From: Clostridium sp. | Lineage (GTDB): Bacteria; Bacillota; Clostridia; Clostridiales; Clostridiaceae | Direction: 5' to 3' | Length of the DNA: 64,000 bases | Assembly (NCBI GenBank): GCA_029851835.1 | Contig: JARKVD010000007.1 | Location: 823 to 64,822, forward strand | Part shown: one piece after another, positions 62,137-64,000 of the stretch | How the letters are laid out: each line of letters starts with the position of its first letter | How positions within the stretch are numbered: the stretch's first letter is position 1 | The notes under the pieces: model-generated | Told to the model about the DNA's origin: nothing | Seen by the model: the letters and a program-made list of their open reading frames with translations, nothing else | Database searches by the model: none | Program-made: the position numbers and the translations under genes

Positions 62137-63501
62137 TTACAGCCATTGTTTCACATTACCATAAGTTTCTTTCTGCTTAATATCTTCATCAACTTCATTC
62201 CTATATTTTCTTGCTAATTCCATATAAGCATTAATATATCCTTTTTTCTTAACTTTTTGTTCAATTCTATAGGCATAAGTCAAAGATGGCTCATTTACTC
62301 TTTCAATCATTGTACTTATAATATTCTCTTTATTTAATTGGAGCTTATCACTTATCTCCTGCATTTCTTTTAAAATTTCCAATCCCCATTGAACTTTAGA
62401 CAGATTAATTCCATCTCTCTTTAATTCCACTTGCTCTTTTCCAGATTTAGCAACGAGATTTTGATTTTCTAAAGCTTCCTCCTGCCACTTTAAATAATCA
62501 CTTTCAGCTTTAAGTAGAAGAAATAAATTAAATACCTCTAAAAACTCTAAATCTACTAGAGAAATTCCTCCTTTTTCAAAAGGATTTACATCTATAATCC
62601 TATATTCTAGATATTTAATACCATCTCTCTCTAATGATTTAAGAAGCTCTTTAGGATCACTAGCCTTTAGTCTAATTGGGCTATACAGTTCTTTATGACT
62701 TTCAATTAGCTTCTCTTTTATGAAATCTTTTATGCTTTCCACATATCCCTCAACTGATTCATAGTTTGGAAATATATCAACTAAATTTCTATATCCACAT
62801 TCACCATTTCTGTATGATATACCACCTTCATGTACAAAGCTATCCTTTACTACTTCCTTATAGCACTTAGTGCAATCATCCTTTTCAATAAAACTCTTGT
62901 GTAAAGTAGAGGTGCTACCTAAAAGGTAAACTAATAACCATCGATAACGCAAATAATTTCTTGCAACCTTAAGGTATAGTTCATTTTTGAATTCAGTGTA
63001 TGTATATTCATTACATTTCTCTGCATAAAGCCCTTTTAAAAGCTCTTCTGAAAAAGAAAAATTATAATGGATTCCTGAGATAAGCTGCTTTTTTGCCCCA
63101 TATTTACTTACAAGTTTCTCTCTATACTCCTTTGCATCAACTGCATCCTTTTCAAGTCCAAACTCTGCTACTGGAATTTCTTTATCTTCTGGAATTTCAC
63201 ATGGCATAGATTGAGGCCACAAGAACTCATCTCCTATTTCTTGTGCTACTATATCATATAAGTCATTTACAAAGTTGAAGGTTTTTTCTGATTCATGAAA
63301 AGCAGGTGTTATTACCTCTATTTGACTTTCTGAAAAATCAGTAGTTATGTATGGATTCTTAAACTTATCACCTAAGCCTTCTGGGTGTGGCGTAAAAGAC
63401 AACGCTCCATATTCATCTACTCTAAGCATTTCTCTTTCTATTCCATAACTACCTATTGGGTATCTATTATCTATTATTAATTCCTTAAGTCTTCTAATCA
63501 T
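62137..63501 (-). CDS. gshA: Glutamate-cysteine ligase (GshA domain only)
   Basis: GIERE, YITTDFSESQIEVITP, WPQSMP, SGIHYNFS, ELYSPIR, YLEYR. Confidence 0.88.
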   Translation of the reverse strand: MIRRLKELIIDNRYPIGSYGIEREMLRVDEYGALSFTPHPEGLGDKFKNPYITTDFSESQIEVITPAFHESEKTFNFVNDLYDIVAQEIGDEFLWPQSMPCEIPEDKEIPVAEFGLEKDAVDAKEYREKLVSKYGAKKQLISGIHYNFSFSEELLKGLYAEKCNEYTYTEFKNELYLKVARNYLRYRWLLVYLLGSTSTLHKSFIEKDDCTKCYKEVVKDSFVHEGGISYRNGECGYRNLVDIFPNYESVEGYVESIKDFIKEKLIESHKELYSPIRLKASDPKELLKSLERDGIKYLEYRIIDVNPFEKGGISLVDLEFLEVFNLFLLLKAESDYLKWQEEALENQNLVAKSGKEQVELKRDGINLSKVQWGLEILKEMQEISDKLQLNKENIISTMIERVNEPSLTYAYRIEQKVKKKGYINAYMELARKYRNEVDEDIKQKETYGNVKQWL

Positions 63502-63778
63502 TTTATTTCCTTTCTAATAGCTACGCTAAATAACATCTATGACTAACTTATATTTTATTATTGCTATTAATTGCTTTTTTATAATTCAACTAATAAACTT
63601 ATATACATTAATATAAAATAATACTTTTAAAAAGTCCATTATCTTTTTTATTTGTTAATAATAATTATCCCTATAAATTTTATATGCCATTTTATAACAC
63701 CTTTTAAATCTATATACTTACAAAATAAACAGCATTGGATTATTAATAAAAAATCCAATGCCATCTTGTTATTATCTT

Positions 63779-63919
63779 TTATTTACAGCTTCCGTTGCAA
63801 TTTCCTCCACATCCACACTCTTTTTTTGCAAATGTAAATAATAATTCTTTATTATCTTTCACTTCATTTTCAACTATCTCTTTTGTTTCTAACCTTGTAT
63901 CAACATTATTGTTATTCAT
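63779..63919 (-). CDS. 46-aa peptide with Cys/Gly-rich C-terminus
   Basis: MNNNNVDTRLETKEIVENEVKDNKELLFTFAKKECGCGGNCNGSCK*; AAGGAG RBS, TTGACA-17 nt-TATATT promoter (63984-63956), hairpin at 63732-63761. Confidence 0.7.
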   Translation of the reverse strand: MNNNNVDTRLETKEIVENEVKDNKELLFTFAKKECGCGGNCNGSCK

Positions 63920-64000
63920 GATTAATTTCTCCTTTGTAAGTAAAAACTTAATCCTAATATAGAATAGTTCATCATTATTGTCAACTTAAAGCTAAATCAG

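Noticed and set aside
63652-63837. 61-aa plus-strand ORF
   Set aside because: No RBS; overlaps the better-supported minus-strand Cys-rich peptide and its terminator
63779-63919. SCIFF ranthipeptide precursor
   Set aside because: Only four Cys, and it lacks the CxxCQxSCQSACKTSC pattern

Overview
AT-rich, Clostridium-like chromosomal window made mostly of housekeeping and accessory genes: helD-like helicase (partial), dipeptide epimerase/PqqD/OPT, DUF4358-MBOAT-DHHW acylation cluster, phosphatases, spoVAF, mgtE, dbpA, clpB, gap, trxA, panGBCD, PTP-like phytase, rmuC, padR-DUF1700, sod and gshA. I found no prophage, transposase, CRISPR, rRNA or tRNA. There are two clear riboswitches (fluoride and M-box). 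The best candidate for an uncharacterised system is the three-gene operon at 14711-21990: a 1619-aa HD + HEAT-like + HxGH nucleotidyltransferase + GNAT-like + PRTase-like protein, an LDH-fold enzyme with altered catalytic residues, and a Cys-cluster double flavodoxin. Second is a ~70-bp two-hairpin element with about 13 full or partial copies at 7 loci, showing covarying stems and apparent TAA target duplication; one copy splits a putative PadR operator. Several small ORFs and two pseudogene remnants absent from the ORF track were also found. All calls come from reading motifs by eye; no searches were run.
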